From NCBI GenBank assembly GCA_016926395.1, contig JAFGOT010000010.1, positions 4,218 through 68,217 on the forward strand: 64,000 bases of DNA. The letters are read 5' to 3'. The position numbers and the translations under genes were made by a program. Numbering within the stretch: position 1 is the first letter of the stretch; each line of letters starts with the position of its first letter. The notes beneath the pieces are model-generated. The model ran no database searches and was not told the origin of the DNA. It saw nothing but the letters and a program-made list of their open reading frames with translations. Shown piece by piece: positions 37,402 to 46,119 of the stretch. This stretch comes from Candidatus Woesearchaeota archaeon. Lineage in GTDB: Archaea > Nanobdellota > Nanobdellia > Woesearchaeales > SKGA01.

Positions 37402-37749
37402 TTAATATCTTCCTCGTTATATTTTATTTTTGTATTATCAAGTAAATATAAATTCTGCTATTGTATGAACAATTGCTAATAACTCTAAGAATAAGCTTTG
37501 GCTCTCAATTAATCACACTATAAACTAGGTCAAACGTTGTTTTTCCAGCAATTCTGTCTATTTTATAGTATGCGTACATATTAATTACCTAAATGATTAC
37601 AATTGCGTGAAGTTCTTCACATACAATTGTTCATTTATGCCAAAAATTGTAGAACAATTATTGTGCATAAAACACCAAAATGAGCTTCTCATATATAAAT
37701 GTTAATGCTAAAACAGTTTTTCTGACTTTCTGAATGCTGTTCGGTGTTT

Positions 37750-38961
37750 TCATTCACCTTTCCAATCAAGAAATATCTTTGCTTGTTCTTTACGCAATTT
37801 TTCCATGTATTTTTGTTGAACATTATTTGAAAACTCTTTTGCTTCTTTTCCTGAAAAATAATCTTTTAAGAAATCTTCTGCGTATTCTTTATACCTTCCT
37901 TTCTTTATTGCATCTCGAAGTTCATGTATTAAATTGTTCATAAAATGCAGGTTATGTATTGTTGCTAGTTTGTATCCTAATAATTCGTGTGTTCTAAGCA
38001 AGTGGTGTAGATATGCTCGAGAATAATTTTTACAGGTTTCGCATTTACATCCTTCTTCTATTGGACCGTGATCGTTTTTGTATGCAACTTTTTTTATCAT
38101 AAACCGACCTTTTCTAGTTAGCATACTACCATGTCTTGCGTTACTTGTTGGGTAAATACTATCAAAACAATCAACACCTTCTCCTACTGCTCTAACAACA
38201 TCTGGTGGACTTCCAAGTCCCATTAAGTACCTGACTTTATGATCGTCAAAATGTTTTACACTTTCTGCTATTGCGCCCATTAATTCTCCTCGACTTTCAC
38301 CAATAACTAGACCACCAAGAGCAACGCCATCAAAGTCCATTTCGTTTATTTTATGTGTTGAGAAACGTCTGTATTCTTCTCTTGTTCCTCCTTGTGCTAT
38401 CCCAAACAGTAGTTGTTTAGAATCATATTCTTTTTTGAGTTCTTTGTGCGCGATTATACTTCTTCTTGCCCAGTCGTGTGTTCTTCTTATTGCATCAACG
38501 TATTCTTTTCCACTTAGACCATAATGAGCAACATCATCCAGTGTCATCGCAACGTCGCTACCTAAACGAATTTGGTTCTTCATAGCTATTTCTGGAGTAT
38601 ATATCATTTTCTTTCCAGATTGATCTTTAAACAACGCTCCTTCGTCTGTTTTTTTTATTAAGAAATCTTTACTCAATACTTGGAATCCACCACTATCTGT
38701 AAATATGTTTTTTTTAAAATGCATGAATTTGTGTATTCCACCCGCGCCTTCGACAACGTCAATTCCTGGCGATAAAGAAAGAATAAATGAATTTGAAATT
38801 ATGCTTTCAAAGCCCAATATATCTATATCAGCTCCTTCCATCGCTTTAACGCTCCCTTTTGAAGCTACAGGCATGAAAAAAGGCGTTATCACAGGCCCGT
38901 GTTCAGTGTATAATTTACCTACACGTGCTTTTCCATCTTCATAGAGTATTTCAAACGTCAT
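37750..38961 (-). CDS. tgt: tRNA-guanine transglycosylase, bacterial/eukaryotic queuine-type core, no PUA extension
   Basis: 403-aa ORF with 'TDSGGFQV', 'LFGIAQGG', 'YLMGLGSPPDVVRAVGEGVDCFDSIYPTSNARHG', the zinc site 'CKCETCKNYSRAYLHHL', and 'ATIHNLHF'. Confidence 0.85.
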   Translation of the reverse strand: MTFEILYEDGKARVGKLYTEHGPVITPFFMPVASKGSVKAMEGADIDILGFESIISNSFILSLSPGIDVVEGAGGIHKFMHFKKNIFTDSGGFQVLSKDFLIKKTDEGALFKDQSGKKMIYTPEIAMKNQIRLGSDVAMTLDDVAHYGLSGKEYVDAIRRTHDWARRSIIAHKELKKEYDSKQLLFGIAQGGTREEYRRFSTHKINEMDFDGVALGGLVIGESRGELMGAIAESVKHFDDHKVRYLMGLGSPPDVVRAVGEGVDCFDSIYPTSNARHGSMLTRKGRFMIKKVAYKNDHGPIEEGCKCETCKNYSRAYLHHLLRTHELLGYKLATIHNLHFMNNLIHELRDAIKKGRYKEYAEDFLKDYFSGKEAKEFSNNVQQKYMEKLRKEQAKIFLDWKGE

Positions 38962-39000
38962 TTAGAATAAAGAAAAAAACAAAGGAAATTAAAAAAGTAT

Positions 39001-39798
39001 CTACTTTTTCTCATTATCAAGATAAGGTAGAACTTCAGATGCTTTTTTATTTCTAAAAATGATTTCACGAAGTGCATGAGTTAATGCAAAAGGTTTTGCT
39101 GATTGCCAGATATTCCTTCCAACAGCTATTCCTGTAGCTCCAGTCTTCATTATCCCTTCTGCAGATTTGACAAAATCATGCGAATCAACTTTCGAGCCAC
39201 CTGCTGTTAAAACTCTTGCACGACCAGCATTTTTAACAACCCATTTATAGGCTTCAATATCTTGATTGTATTTTAGCTTTACAAAATCAGCACCTAATTC
39301 AAGACCTATTCTTGCGGCGTGAGATAAAACTTCTGTTGTTAAATCGTTTCTTATTGCTTGCCCTCTTGGGTATGACCAAAGTATTGCGGGGATTCCATAA
39401 TCGTGTGCTTGTTCAACAATTTTCCCAAACTCTGCAAAACCATCTGCTTCTGTTTCGCTTCCTGGATAAACTGTATAGCCTACCGCTGCTGCGCCTATTT
39501 TCATTGCTCTATCAACAGAACATATTTGTTTTGATACAGGACAACCATGCCCTAGATTTGTTTTTCCATTTAATTTTACAACTAGAGGAACATCCCTGTA
39601 TGCTTCATGATAGTATTTTTCAGAAATCCCGCTTTGAAGAATCACTGCATTATATCTTCCTTCTAAAGCAATATCTAGAATATAATTTGGATCTACGTTT
39701 TTTAGATTAAAATCAGTTGGACCGTGTTCCAGACCTTGGTCACACGCAATCATCAATGATTTGTCATTTCTCATTAAGTGATTTGTCTTAATATTCAT
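39001..39798 (-). CDS. fba: class I fructose-bisphosphate aldolase, archaeal DhnA/FbaB type
   Basis: 265-aa ORF with 'MIACDQGLEHGP', 'VVKLNG', 'GADFVKLKY', 'GIAVGRNIWQ'. Confidence 0.8.
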   Translation of the reverse strand: MNIKTNHLMRNDKSLMIACDQGLEHGPTDFNLKNVDPNYILDIALEGRYNAVILQSGISEKYYHEAYRDVPLVVKLNGKTNLGHGCPVSKQICSVDRAMKIGAAAVGYTVYPGSETEADGFAEFGKIVEQAHDYGIPAILWSYPRGQAIRNDLTTEVLSHAARIGLELGADFVKLKYNQDIEAYKWVVKNAGRARVLTAGGSKVDSHDFVKSAEGIMKTGATGIAVGRNIWQSAKPFALTHALREIIFRNKKASEVLPYLDNEKK

Positions 39799-39814
39799 TC
39801 AACTCAAACCTCAT

Positions 39815-41098
39815 TTAGTTCTTGACACTTGTCAATAAACAATCAACTATGCTTTTTTTATCTTCTTTCTCCCTTATAAGCTTTGCGAGGGATTCTTTTC
39901 CAAAAACGTGTTCTATCCAATCTGCAAAATGATTGAAATCTTTACCTATATGCTCTAAGACTAAATCTTCTGGTGCATATTTTAGGAAATATGCCAGTTC
40001 TTCTATGCTTCGTATGATTTTTCCGTTTTTTAATCGAAAACCTTTATCTTCTGGAGCTATTGAAAATGAAGGTAAGTGTTTTTCTGGATCTGTGAATTCT
40101 CTAATTTCTTTTTCAGATATTTTTTTTGTTTGTTTTCCATCAAAAACACTCATTTTTTCTTCTGCTTCTTTTAATGTTAATAATTTATTTTTTGCGCCGT
40201 GTTTTGATATGACGCTTTCTGATTGAACGCAACCTAGTTTTAATGATTCTTCAACACATCTATTTTGAATTAGACCCGCAACAAATCCTGATGCGAATGC
40301 ATCACCCGCTCCTGTTGTCTCTACAAGTTTTACAGTCGAAGAAGGACTTATGTGATAAATTATTTTGTTATGATAGCAAGTTGAGCCATTTGCACCATCA
40401 GTAATAACAACATAATCAGTATCATGCGTGCTTAATGCACTTGCTAATTCTTCTGCACTGGCATCTTTTTTATTTAGTAATAATTGTGCTTCTTCTAAAT
40501 TTAAAACAAGAACATCAAGCAACTCCAATACTTCTCTTAATGCATTATATCCTAATTTTGCTTGATATGCTGAGGGGTTAAATGCTAGTTTTATTCCTTG
40601 ACCTTTTGCATATTCAAAAATTGTTTTTAGTGTATTAAATGACTCTTCAACCATCGAAGATGAGTATATCCATTTTGTTTGTAAAAAAGATAGATTAACA
40701 TCTTTTGTTTTTAGTGTGTTGTTACAACCTTTGAATGTTAGAATTGTTCTATCGTGTTCTATTGAATCCAGTATTATTGAATATCCTGTTTGTCCTTCTT
40801 TTTTTCCCAAAAAAGTTACATCATATTCTTTTAAAACTTTAATTACTTCTTCTCCGTTTTGGTCGGTTCCTAACTTTCCTAAGAATCCTGTTTTTAATCC
40901 TAAACGAGAAAAGGATGCTGCGGTATTTGTTCCCCCTCCGCCAATTAGAAAGTTCAATTCTTTAATTAGTATTTTACTTCCTGAAGGATAGGTTATAAAG
41001 TCCTCTTCTCCGTCTTTAGTGAGTAGTTTTACAAGTTGAGAATCAGTATTAGCAAACACATCGACTGTGGCGCTCCCTATAGTAATAACATCGTACAC
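39815..41098 (-). CDS. PfkB-family carbohydrate kinase with an unassigned C-terminal extension of about 115 aa
   Basis: 427-aa ORF with 'YDVITIGSATVDVF', 'GGGGTNTAASFSRLG', 'TTGAGDAFASGFVAGL'. The extension contains 'FRLKNGKIIRSIEELAYFLKYAP ... FNHFADWIEHVF'. Confidence 0.8.
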   Translation of the reverse strand: MYDVITIGSATVDVFANTDSQLVKLLTKDGEEDFITYPSGSKILIKELNFLIGGGGTNTAASFSRLGLKTGFLGKLGTDQNGEEVIKVLKEYDVTFLGKKEGQTGYSIILDSIEHDRTILTFKGCNNTLKTKDVNLSFLQTKWIYSSSMVEESFNTLKTIFEYAKGQGIKLAFNPSAYQAKLGYNALREVLELLDVLVLNLEEAQLLLNKKDASAEELASALSTHDTDYVVITDGANGSTCYHNKIIYHISPSSTVKLVETTGAGDAFASGFVAGLIQNRCVEESLKLGCVQSESVISKHGAKNKLLTLKEAEEKMSVFDGKQTKKISEKEIREFTDPEKHLPSFSIAPEDKGFRLKNGKIIRSIEELAYFLKYAPEDLVLEHIGKDFNHFADWIEHVFGKESLAKLIREKEDKKSIVDCLLTSVKN

Positions 41099-41168
41099 CC
41101 TTCAACTCACCTAATTCAAATGACCTTTATTGATTTATAAATGTTCTGATGTACTAGTTAGTTGTAAT

Positions 41169-41184
41169 AAGTTTTATAAACCAA
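41169..41184 (+). promoter_or_regulatory. archaeal TATA promoter
   Basis: 'AAGTTTTATAAACCAA', centred about 27 nt upstream of the ATG at 41203. It shares 'TTTATAAACCAAT' with 51903-51915. Confidence 0.45.
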
Positions 41185-41202
41185 TAAAATAATGATTAAT
41201 CC

Positions 41203-42429
41203 ATGAGCATACTTATTCCTGTAAAAAAAGGTCTTGAAGAGCCTATTCAAGCAGTTGGACATAAGGGACTATTATTTTCTCATCTTGAGGAAAGCATGAA
41301 GTTGCCTTTTAGTCTTATTATCTCAGGCAAGGTTTTTGAAGAGTTTTTAGCAGAGAATGGTTTGACAACAAAATTTAGAGAAAGAGAACATAATATCAAA
41401 TTAAAAGAAGAAATGATTTCTTTGTTTAAGGACGCAACTCATGAAATTATGTCTGGACAATTTCCAACTCATACTATAGAAGATTTAAGAGAGTGTTTTG
41501 AACTTGCTTCCCTTGATACTTATAATCCTAACCAGAAAAAACTTGAAATTTTAGCGATAAGACGTAGTACTGATTACGTTGATGAGGATGATCACATCCC
41601 TTCAGCAAAATATACAAAAAATGAGTTTGATGAATTTTTACGAGCAATAAAAACTTGTTTCGCTAGTCTTTACTCACCAAGCTCTGTGTCTCAACGATTA
41701 AAACAAAATATTGACTCATTTAGTTGTGCAATTATTGTTTCTAGAATTCCTAACATGGAAACTTGTTTTGAAAGTGATTTTTCTTACCATCAAAACACCA
41801 TTAGAGTGAATAGTTATGTTGGATTTTTAGATCCTACTAAAACTGTTCCGCGTGATTCTTTTATACTAAGTTCTGAATTCCTAAAGGTGGTTCATTCAAC
41901 CATCCTTAGACAAGACATAGTTTCTGTTTTTGATGTTCTTACAAATAGCATCAAACAACAAAAATTTGTTTTTCATGGCTCTTCTCAAAGTGCTACCGAA
42001 CAACTTGTCCTTGAGATTGGTCGTTTAACAAAAAAGATTAGTAGTCAGATGAGTGTTGGCGCTAGTTTAAAGTCAGAATTCTTACTTGATAAAAATAACC
42101 AAATTATTTTTTTAGATGCTTTATTTAAACAAGCAACAGGTGAAGAAAAACCAAATCCCATTGTTTCACAACCTAAAATTCAAAAAGAGGAATTTTTTGA
42201 TGCAAAGCCCGAGACCACTCTTGATATAAGTATTAAAGATAATTTTTCTAACGATGAAACCATCACATTTGTTGATAGTCTTAAGTCTTTTCTTAAAGCA
42301 AACAAGCATAAAAGTAAATTTGGACCAAGTATTGATATTGTTCTTCGTGCTTTAGAAAACGAAGTTAATAAAGATACTTTACTTCAAGCAGTTGTTGTTG
42401 CTAGAGAAATTATTGATTGTTGGGATTAG
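41203..42429 (+). CDS. stand-alone, diverged PEP/pyruvate-dikinase N-terminal (PPDK_N, ATP-grasp-like) domain protein
   Basis: 408-aa ORF. 'AVGHKGLLFSHL', 'LAIRRSTDYVDEDD' and 'CFASLYSPSSVSQRL' parallel the GGK-nucleotide loop, the 'VRSSA.AED' block and the 'ASL...RA..YR' block of PpsA/PPDK N-domains. No phospho-His or PEP-utilising domain follows. Confidence 0.45.
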   Translation: MSILIPVKKGLEEPIQAVGHKGLLFSHLEESMKLPFSLIISGKVFEEFLAENGLTTKFREREHNIKLKEEMISLFKDATHEIMSGQFPTHTIEDLRECFELASLDTYNPNQKKLEILAIRRSTDYVDEDDHIPSAKYTKNEFDEFLRAIKTCFASLYSPSSVSQRLKQNIDSFSCAIIVSRIPNMETCFESDFSYHQNTIRVNSYVGFLDPTKTVPRDSFILSSEFLKVVHSTILRQDIVSVFDVLTNSIKQQKFVFHGSSQSATEQLVLEIGRLTKKISSQMSVGASLKSEFLLDKNNQIIFLDALFKQATGEEKPNPIVSQPKIQKEEFFDAKPETTLDISIKDNFSNDETITFVDSLKSFLKANKHKSKFGPSIDIVLRALENEVNKDTLLQAVVVAREIIDCWD

Positions 42430-42432
42430 TAA

Positions 42433-43386
42433 TCAATCCATTTTTTTAAGGATGCTTATTGTTCTTGTCATCGATTTGTGAACATATATTGGAAATTCTT
42501 TATACACTTCAAAATTAGTTTCGTCAAGATATGCATCTATGTCTGTGTCTTCATGCGAACCCACTATTATAGTGTCCGTTAATGAATCTGCAACTGCAAA
42601 AAAATCACAATACAAATTGACAAGTTCAGAACTTATTTTAGAGTTTTTTCCGTATGGCAAATCAGTTATTATACATTCAGTCTTTTTTGTTAAACGAAGA
42701 GCATCATTTACTTCTAAATCCAAATCTAAATCATAAGCTAAAGCGTTCTCTTTTGCTCGCACAACCATTGCTTTATCAATATCACTCCCTTTCACTTTCA
42801 AACCCATTAAAGCTCCCTCTATAACTATTCCTCCTGCACCACAAAAGGGATCTAAGAATTCTTTTTTAGCACCCATGTTTATCATTGCTTTTGCAATCTT
42901 CGGGTGTATACTTGTTGGATGATTGTGTTCTTTTAAATGACTTCTTCTATCATGAGGACTGTCTTTATTTTCAAAAACTAGCTTTGCAAGTCTCACTTCT
43001 GTCAGACTCCAGAAAAAGACATATTTATTGTCAGGATTTTTTATATCAACTTTTGGACTTTGTAATTTGTGATATATTTTATCAGCAAATGCTTTAACAT
43101 CTTTTGTTATTCCTTCAAAACCAATAACGTCTATTTTGTAAGAGTTTTCAAATTGGCCCGTATTTAATTTTTCTAGAACAGCACTCTCATCTCCTGTTTG
43201 GAAATAATCAAGAATTTCATATATCTCTCTTGTTAAACCAAGTCGTTTTACTAAAGAAAAATCAATTATATTTTCTGTAAAAAAATATCCATCCACATAA
43301 GGTGTTAATTTAACACTCAAAAGTCGCTCTAATTCTTCACGAGCAATATTTGGATAATCTTTACTTATTAAAACAATATAGCTCAT
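42433..43386 (-). CDS. THUMP-domain tRNA (guanine-N2)-methyltransferase (Trm11/TrmG10 family)
   Basis: 317-aa ORF with the SAM motif 'LDPFCGAGGIVIEGALMG' and the catalytic 'ITDLPYGK'. Confidence 0.8.
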   Translation of the reverse strand: MSYIVLISKDYPNIAREELERLLSVKLTPYVDGYFFTENIIDFSLVKRLGLTREIYEILDYFQTGDESAVLEKLNTGQFENSYKIDVIGFEGITKDVKAFADKIYHKLQSPKVDIKNPDNKYVFFWSLTEVRLAKLVFENKDSPHDRRSHLKEHNHPTSIHPKIAKAMINMGAKKEFLDPFCGAGGIVIEGALMGLKVKGSDIDKAMVVRAKENALAYDLDLDLEVNDALRLTKKTECIITDLPYGKNSKISSELVNLYCDFFAVADSLTDTIIVGSHEDTDIDAYLDETNFEVYKEFPIYVHKSMTRTISILKKMD

Positions 43387-43883
43387 TTTTTCTTCGAGAT
43401 TTTAGTTTCTGTTGATTCTTTTTTGGAGATGCTTTTGTTAATAAAAATAAGTGCAATTACAAACAACACTATTCCAAGACCCGCCGCAACTAAAGAGTTA
43501 GCTTCGTTAAATCCCCAAACCAATCTTATTATGTTTATTGATACACCAAAGAAAAGACCATAGCTTATTATTGGTGCAATATTTTTTGCTAATAAAAGAA
43601 CCACTAAGGTGATTATGCTAAGTATACTAACAATCACAAACACAGTTGTTTTCTCTTTTTGTATTTGAACATTATATTCTTCTTGACAAGCTAATACTTT
43701 ATCATTCTGAGCTACTTGTTCCTCTTCTGTTGCATTAACCTTTTGTATGTAAGGATAGCGTTCATAGCAAGTATTTTGCGTTCCATCAACAAAAGTGTTT
43801 GCCACTAGAAATGTTAATGGAGAAAAAACAAGGATTAAAACCAAAATATAACCGATTGATTTTATTATATCAAGAGAGCTCAT
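43383..43883 (-). CDS. small membrane protein (about three hydrophobic segments)
   Basis: 166-aa ORF. 4-nt overlap with the downstream methyltransferase gene. Confidence 0.5.
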   Translation of the reverse strand: MSSLDIIKSIGYILVLILVFSPLTFLVANTFVDGTQNTCYERYPYIQKVNATEEEQVAQNDKVLACQEEYNVQIQKEKTTVFVIVSILSIITLVVLLLAKNIAPIISYGLFFGVSINIIRLVWGFNEANSLVAAGLGIVLFVIALIFINKSISKKESTETKISKKK

Positions 43884-44003
43884 TTACAGTCACCTCATTA
43901 GAAATTAATTTTGCATATAATAAATGTTTTGAAAATAAAGTAAAAATGAAAGCTTAATTGACTCCAAGCTCTCTAAAATAACGCAATTGAATCTTTGCAA
44001 GGT

Positions 44004-44495
44004 TTAGTATTCCCAACCGTTTTCTTCTTCAAATTTTTCCTTTGCAAAGTCTCTAAGCATATTTACAACAAATCCATAAAAATTCTTTTGAAATTCGTAG
44101 TACTGAGTTATTATATCAATATTTACTATTTCTTCTCGACCATCTATTTGAGTCATTATCGCTACGTGTCGTCTGTATTCTTGCTCTTTATCATAAGGTG
44201 CTCGATGAATTTTTCTTAGTAAGAAATAAAGGTCTATATTATCTTGTACTTCTTGTTGCGGATACATTTTTTTTACAAGATTACCTTTTTCTATTGGTGT
44301 TTGAGGGTTTTCTTTTAGATTTTTTGTATCTCTTGCATAAGATAATAAAGCAGTAATTAAGTAATCATATGCATCTATCATTCTTGATAGAGTATTAAGT
44401 AGGACATCGGCAGTTCTTGTATATTTTAAACTAACATAAATTAAGTGATCTGCTCGTTTTAACTCTTCTCCTGCATCTTCTAAGTGTTCAATCAT
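44004..44495 (-). CDS. hypothetical helical protein (distant paralog of 44492-44959)
   Basis: 163-aa ORF. 'AGEELKRADHLIYVSLKYTRTADVLLNTLSRMIDAYDYLITALL'. Translationally coupled by a 4-nt overlap. Confidence 0.5.
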   Translation of the reverse strand: MIEHLEDAGEELKRADHLIYVSLKYTRTADVLLNTLSRMIDAYDYLITALLSYARDTKNLKENPQTPIEKGNLVKKMYPQQEVQDNIDLYFLLRKIHRAPYDKEQEYRRHVAIMTQIDGREEIVNIDIITQYYEFQKNFYGFVVNMLRDFAKEKFEEENGWEY

Positions 44496-44959
44496 TTTTC
44501 CACCAGGCCAAATATTTTTGTTGTTAATTTTTTAGTATTATGAATCTGTTCCCCTACAAGTAAAGGATCAATTTTTTGCATTTTGTAATCGTCTTCACAA
44601 ATAATAAATGAGTCTTTTCTACTAAATACCACTGCACTTTCTTTGTGCTGATCGACCAAATCATGCACTGTTTTTATTGTTTTTATCTCGCCCTCACTTA
44701 AAACAATTTGTGATTGTAATAAATCTTCAAAGGAATTTAGTTTTGACATAAAAGAAGTGTCCGCTTTTATTAAGTTTGAAGGGAGAACTGATTCGAGCAA
44801 ATTCTCGTGCGATTGTTCTAAATTTGATAATACGCTTAGTAGCATTTTTGGGTCTTTTATCAAGGGATAGGTTACCTCCAATAAGTGTTCTGCTAGGTGC
44901 AGCTGATATACTGCTTTTTGTAAATGAGTTATTGATATTGATAACTTATTCAACATCAT
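44492..44959 (-). CDS. hypothetical helical protein
   Basis: 155-aa ORF. 'LQKAVYQLHLAEHLLEVTYPLIKDPKMLLSVLSNLEQSHENLLESVL'. Overlaps the nac stop by 14 nt. Confidence 0.5.
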   Translation of the reverse strand: MMLNKLSISITHLQKAVYQLHLAEHLLEVTYPLIKDPKMLLSVLSNLEQSHENLLESVLPSNLIKADTSFMSKLNSFEDLLQSQIVLSEGEIKTIKTVHDLVDQHKESAVVFSRKDSFIICEDDYKMQKIDPLLVGEQIHNTKKLTTKIFGLVEK

Positions 44960-45308
44960 CTTCCTCAGCGCTAAGTTTTAATATAGCTTCTGCAAGGTCA
45001 CCGTTTGATTCTTCAATTGCTTGACGTGCATCTTCTCGAGTTACGCCAGTCTGTTCTACTACAGTATCAATATCATCTTCACTAATATCTACCATCGCGT
45101 CTCTTTCAACTATTTGAGCTTCACCCACAACTTGGTAAGTTTCTTGGCCCATCATGTTAACTTTAGAAACGTCAGGATTATTAATTATAATATCTCTGTC
45201 AGCTAATCTAATAATTACTTGTTCGGCATCAATTTGATCTTGTTGAATGCCCATTTTTTTCATAGCTTGTTTCATCTGTCTAGAATTCATGTTCATTCCT
45301 GGAATCAT
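44946..45308 (-). CDS. nac: nascent polypeptide-associated complex protein (archaeal NAC)
   Basis: 120-aa ORF. 'NSRQMKQAMKKMGIQ', NAC beta-barrel 'VIIRLADRDIIINNPDVSKVNMMGQETYQVVGEA', and a C-terminal UBA-like 'VTREDARQAIEESNGDLAEAILKL'. Confidence 0.9.
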   Translation of the reverse strand: MIPGMNMNSRQMKQAMKKMGIQQDQIDAEQVIIRLADRDIIINNPDVSKVNMMGQETYQVVGEAQIVERDAMVDISEDDIDTVVEQTGVTREDARQAIEESNGDLAEAILKLSAEEDDVE

Positions 45309-45330
45309 TTTTGACTACTCCACACTAATT

Positions 45331-45483
45331 TTAAAGATTGTTTAATAGAATCACTACAATTGCGATTAATATTGTAATACCAATTATTGCCTGTGGCGAT
45401 ATAAGTATTTTTGACTTGGATTCTTCATAAAAAGAAGTTAGACCTGCCCCGCTTGAAGGCATTCTTATTTTATCATCAGCCAT
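45331..45483 (-). CDS. secG: preprotein translocase subunit Sec61-beta (archaeal SecG)
   Basis: 50-aa ORF, below the ORF-track length cutoff and translated by hand: MADDKIRMPSSGAGLTSFYEESKSKILISPQAIIGITILIAIVVILLNNL. It has the 'PSSGAGL' motif plus a C-terminal tail-anchor helix. Confidence 0.75.
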   Translation of the reverse strand: MADDKIRMPSSGAGLTSFYEESKSKILISPQAIIGITILIAIVVILLNNL

Positions 45484-45609
45484 TTTTTACACCGTAAATT
45501 AAAAAGACCCAACAATTAAAGTTATTGCTTGTCTCTATAGGTTTAGTAGAAAAGAAAGCTACTTTATAAACCTTTTCTAGAAAAGAGCTTAAGAGGTGTT
45601 TTTAGGGCT

Positions 45610-46035
45610 TTATTCTTCTAAATAATCGCAATTTCGGTCGCAAGTAGCAAATCCTGTCAGACCATCAACTTTAACAACGGTTTCAAAAGAAGGATTATCA
45701 TATTTTGATACTACCACTTGAGCTAACCAGTTACCATCAACAACATTAACATTTACCAATGTTGCTTGCCAACCATTTGCTCTTAAATGACCATTTACAA
45801 AATTTAGCGCTTTTGTCTCTGCATCTTTTTGTAGAATTACTATTTGTTTTTCGAACGTACAAGAGTTATAATTTGTAGTTTGTCGTCCATCAGGACAGAA
45901 ATATACTAAATTATCTGAAGTCGCGACCTGTCCTCCTCCAAAACTACCATCTGAGCAAAGGTATATTTCTTGGGTTCCACATGCAGTTAAAATTAGTGTT
46001 AAAGTCACCAATATCAGCAAAATCACTCTTTTCAT
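45610..46035 (-). CDS. small secreted lipoprotein-like protein
   Basis: 141-aa ORF. Signal plus lipobox-like 'LILVTLTLILTAC', four further Cys, and a PepSY-like beta-rich C-terminus. Confidence 0.5.
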   Translation of the reverse strand: MKRVILLILVTLTLILTACGTQEIYLCSDGSFGGGQVATSDNLVYFCPDGRQTTNYNSCTFEKQIVILQKDAETKALNFVNGHLRANGWQATLVNVNVVDGNWLAQVVVSKYDNPSFETVVKVDGLTGFATCDRNCDYLEE

Positions 46036-46087
46036 ACAATAAACTTAGAACTTATTCTTTTTAAATATGTTGTTTAATTTTCAAAGC

Positions 46088-46102
46088 AACGTTTATAAGT
46101 TG
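46088..46102 (+). promoter_or_regulatory. TATA promoter for RNase P RNA
   Basis: 'AACGTTTATAAGTTG', centred about 24 nt upstream of the predicted 5' end at 46120. Confidence 0.45.
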
Positions 46103-46119
46103 ATTTTAATTCTTAATTT

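Noticed and set aside
37700-37745. C/D-box sRNA suggested by two CUGA boxes (about 37722 and 37731)
   Set aside because: No RUGAUGA C box lies at a suitable distance on either strand, and there are no terminal pairing stems.
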